Below, one piece after another: positions 1 to 10,500 of a DNA stretch of 64,000 nt. Within the stretch, counting starts at the first letter, position 1; each line of letters begins with the position of its first letter. The position numbers and the translations under genes were made by a program. This stretch comes from a virus, in the IMG/VR virus record IMGVR_UViG_3300027924_001484, positions 4,166 to 68,165 of that record; one strand, 5' to 3'. The notes below the pieces were generated by a model. The model saw only the letters and a program-made list of their open reading frames with translations, was not told where the DNA came from and searched no databases.

Positions 1-583
1 ACATAAACCTACCAGATATATGATTGTTTTTACCATATCCTTTGCGTTTTCCAGATACAATATCCCCTGAAACAACTTCAGACATTTTATCTTTGATTTC
101 TGGAGTATGCGTTTTACCCCACATTGGGTTCTTGTCTCCTACTAATTTCCCTTTGTTTCCCTTGGAAATTTTTGCTTTTGTACTATCAGATAAAACTGCG
201 CCGAGTCTAGGTTGATTTCCCTTGTTTGCTTTTGAAATTTTCTGTTTGGTTGCATCTGTATGAGGGCCTCTTGAAACTCTGCACCTTGGATCTGTTTTCT
301 TGTAAAGCCAATAGCACCCTTTTGAACAGAAATTCGTTTCTTTGAGTTCTGCTCTTGGTTTTTTAAATACCATGCTGCATTCATTGCATGTTGTTTCAAT
401 GATATGGTTGACTTTTCTAGAAGAGTAGGCGCAATGAAGGGTGCAATAATGCTCTGGTTTAGACAAGAGCCTACAGTCTAATTTGGGTTTGGTTTGAGAG
501 CCCCTTTCGAAAGTGATGGAACAGTTATCACACTCAAACGCAACTAGACGCGCAGGATTTCTAATGTCAGATATAATAGTCAT
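1..583 (-). CDS. Homing endonuclease-like protein with Cys/Zn-finger and NUMOD3 repeats (runs off the window; absent from the ORF track)
   Basis: Hand translation from ATG at 583: MTIISDIRNPARLVAFECDNCSITF...HYCTLHC...TCNECSMVF...NFCSKGC...HTDATKQKISKANKG...NPMWGKTHTPEIKDKMS; open to position 1; nuclease domain not visible. Confidence 0.75.
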   Translation of the reverse strand, partial: MTIISDIRNPARLVAFECDNCSITFERGSQTKPKLDCRLLSKPEHYCTLHCAYSSRKVNHIIETTCNECSMVFKKPRAELKETNFCSKGCYWLYKKTDPRCRVSRGPHTDATKQKISKANKGNQPRLGAVLSDSTKAKISKGNKGKLVGDKNPMWGKTHTPEIKDKMSEVVSGDIVSGKRKGYGKNNHISGRFM

Positions 584-598
584 ACTGCTAAGTATGAC
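579..598 (-). promoter_or_regulatory. Perfect 8-bp hairpin covering the ATG and the ATACTTA motif of the 1..583 gene
   Basis: Minus strand GTCATACT-TAGC-AGTATGAC; ATACTTA at 589-595 lies 5 nt before ATG. Confidence 0.6.
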
Positions 599-620
599 GT
601 TGTTGAGTATAACCTCAAAA

Positions 621-2978
621 TTAATAATCCAACTTTAACTTAAAAATCATCTTGTCACCACTGCGCTTTAGGATTGGCTGTGCAAGTTTGGAACGCATGA
701 TGACATTTAGATTTTCATCGTGGACATTGATTCCAGTAATGTATACAGACTTGGTGTCTGTTTCATTTGCTCGATACATGTCAGGAGTGATAACCTGATC
801 CTTGTAGGAAGGATTCGATGAACTTGTGTGACTCATTGGTTTTGCAAGAGCACTGATAGAAGCAACGTGAATATTTTGAACGCCCTTGAATTCAATCTCA
901 AACTCTTCCTCTCCAAAGAAGTAAAGTTGAGGGGACTTGATTACGATCAAGCCTTCGTCATAGAATACGTTGCCAACCGATGACCAAGTTGGATGTGGAG
1001 AGAAAGAACCAGACGTAAGTGGAACTGCATCTGCTCTATATAGATTGCCATGTCCGTCATCTCTTAAAGTAATCTTCGTTTTAGAGAATGTTGGACTTGG
1101 GTCTTTGACTACCAAAGACTTTGGTTTGATACTCATTCCATAAAACAAGTTAGAGATATCAAAGATTACAACTTGATTAGAAGAAGAGTCTCTTGTTTGA
1201 TGCAGTATAGACAAAGAGTTCCCAGGTAGAGCAACTACGTCTGTTGGCTGAGAACCGACCATGTCATCAATCATAGACCCAGACGCTACAATAGACCTTG
1301 CATCAAAAGTATCGCTTACGATATTGTTTAGAGTGATGGTACCAAGTTCTGAGTTTCCGAGGTCGTTTACAAACATTGACTGGCTTAGTTCAGATAGTAG
1401 TTCAAAATTTGGGAAGAAGCCTCCATTATCAGACGGAAGTATCTGATATAGTCTCTTGATGTTTGAACCTGTCGCATACAAAAAATCGTTACATGACAGG
1501 ATAGTTGTTGACGGAGGACTCCAGGTAGAACCAGTAAGAGCCCACAGGCGTGGATAGTTGCCAGTTGCAATGTCTCTTGTGTAGTTTTCAAGGTTGATGT
1601 AGTGTCCGCCACAAGAGAAAGCCATCTGCGCAGCAAACGGAGTTGTAGTTGAAGCATCCTTTTCAAAGAATGGTGTAACCATTTCTCCACCAAAGGTTCC
1701 AACAAATTGTCTAAACGGAGATTCTTCTGTGAAGAATGGTGGAAGATAGAATGCAATGTTGTCAAGGCTTGTTGGTCCCTTTGTATTCAAGGAAGTAACT
1801 TCGTCTTTTGTCAGATATTTGTTTAGAAGTTTCACTTCCTGAAGCTCTGCATTTAGTGGGTGAGTGAAGCTAAAAGATGTTGGGTTTTCTATAGCGCTTG
1901 TTCCATCTAGTTCTATCAAGCCTTCTCTAAGTGCTGGGTCAGCTGCAAAGAATCTATCAAGAGAGTCTACTCCTGTGTTTTGACCTTCATAGTAGTTACC
2001 GACACACAACACTGTTGGATCTGATGAACCTGTGTAGTGTCCAACAAACAAACTGCTTGTTATTGTAAATGTTGAATCTTTCTCTGCATTTACGTAAATG
2101 GACCCAGAACCAAAGTTCTTGTTATGCCCTGCCCATGTAACGGTAACATGACTCCAGCAATCCTTTGGAAGTGAGTTGTCACTCGAAAAGAACAAAAGTT
2201 CATTAGTGCTTGTAGTAAGAGGGTTTAGAGAACTTGGACTTACATTTGCTTGTTCTCCAAGTTGTACGCCAATTCTAAACTTGTCACTAAGACCAAATAT
2301 ATCTTTTGAAGACCCTGTGTGCAAACTTATACAGTAGGAGTTTGTCAGGTGCAGAATAGAACCTGCCTTGTATGTGTCTCCCTCTGCGTCTATGGTATAT
2401 GAAGGCTTTATCCAAAAGTCAAATGAAAAACTTTCAGAGACATGATAAAGAGAACCAGTGCCATTTGTAAGAACCTCATTTGGGTATAAAAGTACAGAGT
2501 CTTCTGGTACATTAGAAGCTGTGAAAAAGTTCAAGCAGTTGTAGTTTGAAACAGCCCAGTGACTGCGTGGATACGCAGTTCTATAGTGTGGCATTAGTTG
2601 CTTGCGAATAAAACTCTTTCTCAAAAAGTTGGAGTTAAAACTAAATGGAGGATTGAATCTATAGATGTCTAGTTTTTGTTGCTGTCTTGTACTAGCTGCA
2701 ACGTCTCTAACTGATGTCATGTACGACTCTATTTCACTATAGATGTTGCTTGATGTAGAATCGACCGCTAGCTGTCTAATGGATTCTAAGTCTCCGTCGG
2801 AAAAAATAGATTCACTCTGACCAGATGCAAAAACATCCTTCTCCACAGTCGAGCGTCTAGCAAATAGATTAACAGAACCAGTAATACCACCTAAAGAACT
2901 AGAGGTATATGTTCGCTTTGGATTTGTTTCGAGTGTAAAGAACTCAAAGTCATCTGATGTAAGTTTTTGTAGAGACAC
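621..2978 (-). CDS. Virion/baseplate protein with LamG (ConA-like) domain
   Basis: FSFDFWIKP, WSHVTVTW, IYVN LamG motifs; C-terminal YITGINVHDENLNVIMRSKLAQPILK tail-protein motif shared with the next gene. Confidence 0.65.
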   Translation of the reverse strand: MSLQKLTSDDFEFFTLETNPKRTYTSSSLGGITGSVNLFARRSTVEKDVFASGQSESIFSDGDLESIRQLAVDSTSSNIYSEIESYMTSVRDVAASTRQQQKLDIYRFNPPFSFNSNFLRKSFIRKQLMPHYRTAYPRSHWAVSNYNCLNFFTASNVPEDSVLLYPNEVLTNGTGSLYHVSESFSFDFWIKPSYTIDAEGDTYKAGSILHLTNSYCISLHTGSSKDIFGLSDKFRIGVQLGEQANVSPSSLNPLTTSTNELLFFSSDNSLPKDCWSHVTVTWAGHNKNFGSGSIYVNAEKDSTFTITSSLFVGHYTGSSDPTVLCVGNYYEGQNTGVDSLDRFFAADPALREGLIELDGTSAIENPTSFSFTHPLNAELQEVKLLNKYLTKDEVTSLNTKGPTSLDNIAFYLPPFFTEESPFRQFVGTFGGEMVTPFFEKDASTTTPFAAQMAFSCGGHYINLENYTRDIATGNYPRLWALTGSTWSPPSTTILSCNDFLYATGSNIKRLYQILPSDNGGFFPNFELLSELSQSMFVNDLGNSELGTITLNNIVSDTFDARSIVASGSMIDDMVGSQPTDVVALPGNSLSILHQTRDSSSNQVVIFDISNLFYGMSIKPKSLVVKDPSPTFSKTKITLRDDGHGNLYRADAVPLTSGSFSPHPTWSSVGNVFYDEGLIVIKSPQLYFFGEEEFEIEFKGVQNIHVASISALAKPMSHTSSSNPSYKDQVITPDMYRANETDTKSVYITGINVHDENLNVIMRSKLAQPILKRSGDKMIFKLKLDY

Positions 2979-2995
2979 ACTCTTTTATCTCTCTA

Positions 2996-4156
2996 TTAGT
3001 AGTCGATACGAAGCTTTAGCGTTAGGTCGTTTTCTGGAGTCTTTAGAACTGGTCTTGAAAGTTTACCTACTCCAAGCAGGTTGTTGTAGGCATCATATAG
3101 TCCGATGCTGGTAACAAACGTAAAGCTTCTTTGGATGTCTTCTTGACCCTGGTCAATAACAACAATTCTGTTTTCTGCATCGGTATATGTTGGGTTTGAA
3201 GAGTAGTTGAACTCATCAGATGCAAGTCTTGCGAAGTAGAGAGTTGAGTTGATGTTTGTTACATTTTGGAAAGCGATAGCTGTACTATCAGAACCAGAGA
3301 ATCTTGTTGATGTAAGGTGATTCAAAAAGTCATCCATTGACGCACTAGCCATCAACTGTCCAAAAGAACCAGAGAACCCAGTAGTTCCTGTAGAAGTAAC
3401 AGCGTCAATAGAACCTGTCAGTACTACTGACTGATCAAAAGATCGTGATGCATCAAGGACTAGAACGCCTGCGTCTAAGAATAACAAGCCAACCGGAACA
3501 CTTGTATTAGCAGAGTCAACCAAAGTTGAAACTTGTCCACCGAACAAATATCGTTTATCTAGCGACGAGTTTACATCGGTGTAAATTTTTGTAGTTGAGC
3601 TAGCAACAACATCTAGGTTTGTTGCTAAAGGTGCAGCTACAGATGCACTTGGATTCAACCGAATTGCAAACGTTTCTCTCTTGACCTGGTCTCTAGCAAA
3701 CAGACGCTTGAATGCAAAGAATACTGCTTCCTTGATTTCTGTAGTTGTTGAGCCAACACTAGCCTCAAATGTAGAATCTGAGTTACCAAGAAGATCTTGA
3801 GCAAACAGTCTATAGACATCCATTTTTTCTCTCATCATAAGAGACGACTGTGGGAACAGGTACTTGCCATTAGAGTCAACCGTTGGACTAAGATTGGTTA
3901 CAACTTCAGATGTTTCTTGAACTCCAAATGTAATATCGAAAATTGGGTTGGCTGTTTGAAGCGTAAAGTCCTGGTCGTAAACCGTTTGAAAGATAGAGGA
4001 AGTAACACCTGGACCAACTCCACCAGTTACAAATACTTGAAACTCTCGTCTTGTTGCCGAAGAAGAGATATCAGTATTGATGATGTCTACAAGTTGGTTT
4101 AGATATGTTCTACTTGTCTTGATGTCGTCCTGAGAAAATTCTTTGAAAATTGCCAA
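2996..4156 (-). CDS. Virion tail/baseplate protein
   Basis: C-terminal FVTSIGLYDAYNNLLGVGKLSRPVLK, typical of tail-collar/baseplate proteins; TTG start with AAGGA SD. Confidence 0.6.
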   Translation of the reverse strand: MAIFKEFSQDDIKTSRTYLNQLVDIINTDISSSATRREFQVFVTGGVGPGVTSSIFQTVYDQDFTLQTANPIFDITFGVQETSEVVTNLSPTVDSNGKYLFPQSSLMMREKMDVYRLFAQDLLGNSDSTFEASVGSTTTEIKEAVFFAFKRLFARDQVKRETFAIRLNPSASVAAPLATNLDVVASSTTKIYTDVNSSLDKRYLFGGQVSTLVDSANTSVPVGLLFLDAGVLVLDASRSFDQSVVLTGSIDAVTSTGTTGFSGSFGQLMASASMDDFLNHLTSTRFSGSDSTAIAFQNVTNINSTLYFARLASDEFNYSSNPTYTDAENRIVVIDQGQEDIQRSFTFVTSIGLYDAYNNLLGVGKLSRPVLKTPENDLTLKLRIDY

Positions 4157-4158
4157 TT

Positions 4159-4977
4159 TTAATAATCCTTTCGGGTAGTTACAGCTCTTAGAAGAATTTT
4201 TGTTCCCTCACCCCAAGTATCGGTTTGCTTGTGGCAAGGTTCACAAAGAGTTCTTCCGTTAGTTGTATTCCAAATTTCTTTACACTCTTGTGCTTGATAG
4301 GTAGTTTTGATTTTGTTTTCTTCAACAATTAAGGCGAATGGTTTAATGTGGTCGACTTGCAAATTGCCTGAGCCACGGACGTTGCATATTTGGCATGTAT
4401 AGTCATCACGAACAAAACAAAAATCACGCCACTCTTGGTATTTTGTCAATTGTCTAATTCTTCTATATAAAGAAGTAGTACCACCATTCCAACTAAAGTG
4501 TTTTTCGCCTGTTATGTCAGGGCGCTGCTTTCCATAAAGAGGATGGTTTGGTCCAGAATATTTTGGATTACCAAGACGAGTCTCTGACATTTTCTTTTTG
4601 CATTCTTCGGAAATAACTCTTCCAGCAGCTGCTTCTCTCATTTTGTTCTTTGTTTCTTCAGTGTGAAGCACCCCGGTTCTATCTGGCTTAATTGACCCAA
4701 GTCTCTTCTTTTCTTCTTCTGAAACCTTCATACCTTTTCGTCTTGTTCTTATCTTTAAAAGGTTATCTCTAGCCTTGTCTGCTCTTGCCTTAGTTAATTT
4801 TTTGCCAGTTAGTGCTTCTGAAATTGTTCTTCTTTCAAGATTGTATGACTTCAACCAGTTGTGAACAGTGGTATTAGAAACACCAAGCAAAACACCAATA
4901 ACCTGAAGGCTCATTTGTTTTGTAACATACAGGTCTTCAAGAGTAGATTTTGATGGTTTTGTTAGTTTTTCTGGCAA
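4159..4977 (-). CDS. Free-standing HNH homing endonuclease (N-terminal HTH, NUMOD3, HNH)
   Basis: RDDYTCQIC...LQVDHIKP...NGRTLCEPCH; HTEETKNKMREA NUMOD3; LGVSNTTVHNWL HTH. Confidence 0.9.
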   Translation of the reverse strand: MPEKLTKPSKSTLEDLYVTKQMSLQVIGVLLGVSNTTVHNWLKSYNLERRTISEALTGKKLTKARADKARDNLLKIRTRRKGMKVSEEEKKRLGSIKPDRTGVLHTEETKNKMREAAAGRVISEECKKKMSETRLGNPKYSGPNHPLYGKQRPDITGEKHFSWNGGTTSLYRRIRQLTKYQEWRDFCFVRDDYTCQICNVRGSGNLQVDHIKPFALIVEENKIKTTYQAQECKEIWNTTNGRTLCEPCHKQTDTWGEGTKILLRAVTTRKDY

Positions 4978-5027
4978 TATTGTATCCTATTTCTTATAGA
5001 GTTGATTGAAACTCTGAAATGTGTAAA

Positions 5028-5741
5028 TCATGACTCTTTTGTCACCAAGACTTCTAGCTCAAGTACTGCACCTGATGAAACGCCAGTGATTTTTGCAAAC
5101 GTGGAAATCAAACTCTTGTTTGAAGAGGCACCATAGATTTGAAACTCAGACTCTGTAATAGACTTCGTAGAGATTGTAAAAGATACTCTTGAACCTCCAA
5201 CAGATGTCTCGCCCGCATCTCTTGTGAGAATATAGGTTGCTCTTTGCTTAGAGTCGATGCTTACTGGAGAACTACCGACAATCTGTAGAAACTGATTTGA
5301 CAACTCGACAAGGAAAGATTGGTCACGAAGCTCAACATCAATAGATGTTTCATTAGTTATGCTTTGTGCTACCGTTACACTTCTTCTCTTTACTGTGGTG
5401 TTACCAATTGCAACAATTCTACTTGCGGAGGTCACACCCTCTCCAGTAATTTCAAGACTGGCAAGACGAATCAGGTTGGGGTTTGACACGCTAACAAGTC
5501 TAAATTTCTGAGCATATGACTGGTTGGTTAGTGCCTCAAGGATTGGAGTGTTCTTCTCAATCTTTTCTTTGCCAACTGTTCTACCAAATTTTTGGATTAG
5601 CGTGTAGTCTACTTCGTCGTCGCCTGGTGCAAACTTGACAATAGAAAATGACCCGTCATTACGTGCAAGGGCTTCTCTTCCCTTGTCAGTAAGAACGCAG
5701 TCTAATATGATGTTGTTTGTGCTGTGATTTAAGAAACCCAC
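5028..5741 (-). CDS. Virion structural protein (baseplate/tail)
   Basis: MGFLNHSTNNIILDCVLTDKGREALA...KFAPGDDEVDY motif seen in large-phage baseplate/tail proteins; GTG start with AGAGG SD. Confidence 0.6.
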   Translation of the reverse strand: MGFLNHSTNNIILDCVLTDKGREALARNDGSFSIVKFAPGDDEVDYTLIQKFGRTVGKEKIEKNTPILEALTNQSYAQKFRLVSVSNPNLIRLASLEITGEGVTSASRIVAIGNTTVKRRSVTVAQSITNETSIDVELRDQSFLVELSNQFLQIVGSSPVSIDSKQRATYILTRDAGETSVGGSRVSFTISTKSITESEFQIYGASSNKSLISTFAKITGVSSGAVLELEVLVTKES

Positions 5742-5771
5742 TGTATCTAACCTCTTGTTGTTGATGTACTA

Positions 5772-5778
5772 TAAGTAG
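5772..5778 (-). promoter_or_regulatory. Putative late promoter element CTACTTA
   Basis: Matches the recurring (A/C)TAnTTA motif; intergenic, 30 nt before GTG 5741. Confidence 0.45.
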
Positions 5779-5793
5779 TTGTAATCAAATTTT

Positions 5794-7572
5794 CTAAGTC
5801 AAATCTAATAAGCTGATGTCAAAAATTTGTTGTTCTTGAAGATCTACATTGATCATTTGTATTTTGTACTTGGCGTCAGTGCTTGTTTTAAGCAACTTTA
5901 AGTCATTGTTTTTTGAGTCGACAACTTTCAAAAATTCTGGTGTAAACACAACCTTTAGTTTGTTGTGCTTAGAGTCTTTGAAGCTATCAACAAACATGGT
6001 GTTTGGTAGATTCATGTTTGGGTAAGCCTTTGGAGCACCCTGTGTAGAAACCATAGTTTTCACTAGTTTGTTTGAGTATCTATCAAACTTCACCATAATT
6101 TGGGTAGAGTATCCAGAAGAAAATCCATGAGCATCAATAGCACATACTGCATATATTACGCTTGGGTATTCGTTGTTGTCGTTGATATACTTGTAGTCGT
6201 TGTAGTAGTTTTTAGGACTTTGCAATTTCTCAACAAGTCTTGGTTCTGGTGTTTCCTTTAGGGCAGGAAGAATCACAGAGTCATTGAAGTCATACATTTT
6301 TACTAGTTGAAATGGTTGATTGATATTTGACCTCTTGAATACCTGAAAATATTTGATATCTCTCTGAGATGTTACAGGAAAATTCCAAGATATTCTTGGC
6401 ATAGCCTTGTCATAGTCCCAGTCAATTGCAACATCTGCTGGTGGTTGAGGAGGTACTACTTCATCACAGACAACAGTTTGAACAGAGCTTGGCTTTGAGC
6501 TTACAAGAAAGCTTATTGCTACAACTTGACCTTCTTGTACGTCTTCTGCCTGAATCTTTATCAAGACTATAGACTGAATTGTGTACTGATATACGGAGTC
6601 GTACTTGATTTTCATGTCAACTGTTGAGTTCACATATGGTGACTCAATTACGATTGGGTCATGAATTATTTCATTGCCATTTGGTAAAATTTCTGTCTTG
6701 TTGATAATGTAGCCAACAATGCTGTTTTCTGGTTCGAAGGCAGATGTATCGATTGCTTCAACTTCTATGAAGTCTCTTAGTTCAAAGTCGTAGTCGTTAC
6801 CATCAAGAAGGCTTCCTGGTTTTTGGGATATGGCTTTTTCTTGAATGTTTTTAGAGTCATCAAGAATTTTGGATACACCAGTTGATGCATTGGCAAGAAC
6901 AGAATTTGTAGCGGAACTTATTGCCTTGTTGATTATTTTGTTGTTGACCTGAACCCTAAACCCAACCTTGGATGTTTCTTCGAATGGATTGGTTGCATTT
7001 ATGGTCTTACCTGTTTTTGGATCAAAGAAATACTGTCCAGATAGTTCACTTGAAGGCTCTAGAGCTTTTATGATTACTTCTGGCATTATGGAGTTTGGTG
7101 ACTGCTCATTGACAAGCCTAGCCATGTCCATAATAGAAAAGCTGTCATCATCTTCATTTACAATGCTTAGTTCTTCTGCCAAACGCTTTACAAAGAACTG
7201 AGATCTTGTCTTTAGGTCTATGTCTTGAAACTGGACGTTTGAAAATTCTTCTATTGTGAATGACGTTTCATTGTAAATTTTTGACAAACAGTCTTTGATT
7301 GGAACTGGTGAAATTCTCTTGTCGCTTAGAGAAACAGGTTCCCATGTAATCTTGTTGTATCTTGGAACAAATCTGTTGAAGTTTGATGAGTCTATAAAAC
7401 TTTGCTTAAAGTCGATAGACGTTCTATCTTGAATGAATTTTTGACTAACAATTCCAGAGTCGTTTACCTTTTCGTCTTTGATGAAAAAATTGTACACAAA
7501 AGACACATCAAGACCTTTGACTTCTGGTGCGTCAACAATAGCAAAACTAGTTGATGGTAGTGAAATAGGCAT
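5794..7572 (-). CDS. Virion protein with FN3/Ig-like C-terminal domains
   Basis: PPQPPADV...ISWNFP...YFQVFKRS...YAVCAIDAHGFSSGYS FN3-like pattern; structural context. Confidence 0.5.
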   Translation of the reverse strand: MPISLPSTSFAIVDAPEVKGLDVSFVYNFFIKDEKVNDSGIVSQKFIQDRTSIDFKQSFIDSSNFNRFVPRYNKITWEPVSLSDKRISPVPIKDCLSKIYNETSFTIEEFSNVQFQDIDLKTRSQFFVKRLAEELSIVNEDDDSFSIMDMARLVNEQSPNSIMPEVIIKALEPSSELSGQYFFDPKTGKTINATNPFEETSKVGFRVQVNNKIINKAISSATNSVLANASTGVSKILDDSKNIQEKAISQKPGSLLDGNDYDFELRDFIEVEAIDTSAFEPENSIVGYIINKTEILPNGNEIIHDPIVIESPYVNSTVDMKIKYDSVYQYTIQSIVLIKIQAEDVQEGQVVAISFLVSSKPSSVQTVVCDEVVPPQPPADVAIDWDYDKAMPRISWNFPVTSQRDIKYFQVFKRSNINQPFQLVKMYDFNDSVILPALKETPEPRLVEKLQSPKNYYNDYKYINDNNEYPSVIYAVCAIDAHGFSSGYSTQIMVKFDRYSNKLVKTMVSTQGAPKAYPNMNLPNTMFVDSFKDSKHNKLKVVFTPEFLKVVDSKNNDLKLLKTSTDAKYKIQMINVDLQEQQIFDISLLDLT

Positions 7573-10500
7573 TAAAAGTCTGTCTCTATGGAAGCAAAAA
7601 AGTCTGCAAAAACAACATCATCTAGTTGTTGTGTGGACTGAAACAAAGTCTTCCCGTCCTCAGTTTCTGAAATTTTTTCTTGAATGAAGTTTTGAACAAG
7701 TGCCTGCCTTCCAGAATCTGTTGCTCTGGTAAGTTCAAAGTCTATCTCAAATCCTTCTGTTGACATTGGGATGTGAAATATTCTATCAAATAGTTTAGGT
7801 CCTACAACTTGTTTTCTCATAATTGATGGCTCAAATTTTTTGCTTCCATATGTGAAAAGGTTTGCTACATCTTTAGCTTCTTGGCTTATCGTTTCGCTTG
7901 AAAGAACTTGTTGCATAGATAGGTTACCAACATTTTCGCTATACGTGTTTTGAATGTAACTCTTCAGTGCTGACTCTAGCTTTGCATTCAACGCCAAGCC
8001 ATAGTCACCAATATCATCTGTGGTAAATGTTTCTTCTCTAAGCTTCATGCCGGTCATCAACATCAAGTATGTTTCTAGCAAGTAACTTTGAACATGATTG
8101 TAGAACAAACTTGTCTTTTGAGAATCGGCAAGGAAAGAATATGTTGAATTGGTTTTTAGTGTTTCTAGTGTACTGGTGACGTTCTTTTTTGGAACCTGTA
8201 GATCAGACAGTCTATCTCTACCAAGAAGCTGTTCAAAAGATTCGCCATCTCTAGGTTGTATTCTCTTAATTTCTTGAGTGCTTTGAAATAGGCTTAGGTC
8301 AAACAAGAAAGTTTTCGGCTTGAAAACAATGTCACCAAACCTTGAGTCTCTCTTGTAGATTTTGATTTTGATAACGTCTGATTGCCTATCAAAAAAACTT
8401 TCTCTATTGATCTTGCTCAGTTGAATTCTTTCTGATAGCTTCTTTGACATTCCTGCTGGTATTCCAACAGATATGATTCTAAGTCGTTCATCGGCTCTGG
8501 AATCTATTCCATACTGTGGCTCTTTCAAGAGAGATGACAACATCATCAGTTTTTCTTGAATTGGGTTATCATCAATGATAAGTTTTTCAAATTTTGAATT
8601 CTCGTTGGTTGTTGAAGTCTCTGAAGACACTCCAGAAGTAAGTTCTCTAAACAAGTATGTAGAGGTTCTAAGTTGAGATGGATTTTTGATGACGTTTAGG
8701 TCGACAACAGAGTTTTCAACAAGAAAATTTTGCAATGTTGTGCTATTAAAAGTGTTTAGTAAAATGGTCTTGCCATTTCTAAGTTGACCATTGAACTGGT
8801 TTATGAGTTTCAAGAATTTGCTAATAACTTCATTTTCGTTTGTAATTTTTGAAATGATGATTGTTAAACTGTTTTTTAGTTCGATGTGTTCAGGTCCTGG
8901 CGGAGTTTGTAGTTTTACTGGGGCTGTCAGTGCAGCAGCTAGTCTAGCATTCTCAGTTGTTTGATAGTTGCTAAGTCTATTTTGTGGAAGGTTTGCTTCG
9001 TATGCTGCTTTGGTTGCAAGAAGGCTTGCATTCCAGGCATCTGCATAAGCTTGTTGTGATGATGCCTTAGTAACCGGAGGTGCTGGTGGCGGCGGTTGAC
9101 CTGCGGCAGAAAATCCTACAAGAACTTGTGAAATAGATTCATGCATGAAGTGATTTGAACGTGCATCAACTTCAAGTAGAATCTTGTTCGCATACTTTGC
9201 TTTGGCGAAATTTGCAAACGTAAACTTCTCAGATAAGCTGGATATCACTTCAAACATTAGTAGCAGTTGCATGCTTGTGCTAAGAAAATTGTATCTGGTT
9301 CTTCCAGAACCGTCTGGAAGAAGATATGAACTAACACCGTTAGTGTTGGCAGCAATAGTAAGCTCGTTGGCAATATTCAAAAACTCTTTCAAGATGGTGG
9401 TGGTTGCATTTGAACTTGGAACAACCATAGACATTAAAATGGTTTTGATGTTTCCATCATCAAGAAAAATTACTCGTCTATCCAAGTCAAAGTTTACAAG
9501 TCCAAGATTTGCTACGCTAGAATATGAACTGTCAAGAGCCGCAAGCTTTGTAGAAACTGTTCTCTTTGGTATTGCTCTTCCAGAAACAAGTAAGAACACT
9601 CTATCCTCTATGTCTTGAGCTAAGTCTTGTAGGTAAGACTGAAGTATTCCTCTCTTGCTTTCATCAGTAAGATCTACTGAAAGCCTTGCAATAATTCTTG
9701 CATAGGAAATGGCTGATGTAGTCTTTAGCTCCGAAGCCAAATCAGCAAATACTTTCTTTTGGTCTGTTGGTGTTTGCGAAGCAATACCAGCAAAGATAAC
9801 AAATTGAAAAAGCATATTCTTCAACTTGCTGTCTGTGTTTGCTAGTTTGATTAGAGCAAGTGTTGCGCCTTGGTCTTTGTTAATTGACTTTGTTTCAAGA
9901 AGTCCTGAAATGGATGTCTTTGTTGAAAACAAAAAGCTATCAATCATAACCTTTGGGTTGATTCTAGATGAACTGTTCTTGTCTTCAAGTTGAAGAAGAG
10001 TGTTTATCATAGATGTCGCACTGTTAGTTATGTCAGTAAACCTATCGCAGAAATCTACATATGGCTTTGTGTTGAACTCTGTTGCTGTGCTGGATGCAAG
10101 AATAGTATCGAAGAAATAGGATGAGCCAGGAACAAATGTTTTTCCTGACGTGTCGGTGTCTACATACTTTTTTTCAAATGGCAAAACAATAGCGTTGGAA
10201 CCAAGACCAACATGAGCCAAGGAAGACAAAGAGTTTGCACCAGTTGGAGAATCAAATATGGTATCACCTGGAATACCAGTGATATTGTCGAATGGATTTC
10301 CTGAATTTTCTTGAGAGAATTTATCAAGAAGAACTTTTGATGTACCAGAGTTAGATAGATTTTTTGACACTCGATACTCTTTGCTTAACAGTGTAACAAG
10401 CAACTTGATTCTATCTGCTGGATCATGTGGAAGAGAGCTGAGTGTGGAGTTGAAAATTACTGAGTTTGATGCATTTTGCGGAGTATAAAGCGACCTAATA

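Noticed and set aside
142..399. 85-aa minus-strand ORF
   Set aside because: Off-frame inside the 1..583 endonuclease-like gene
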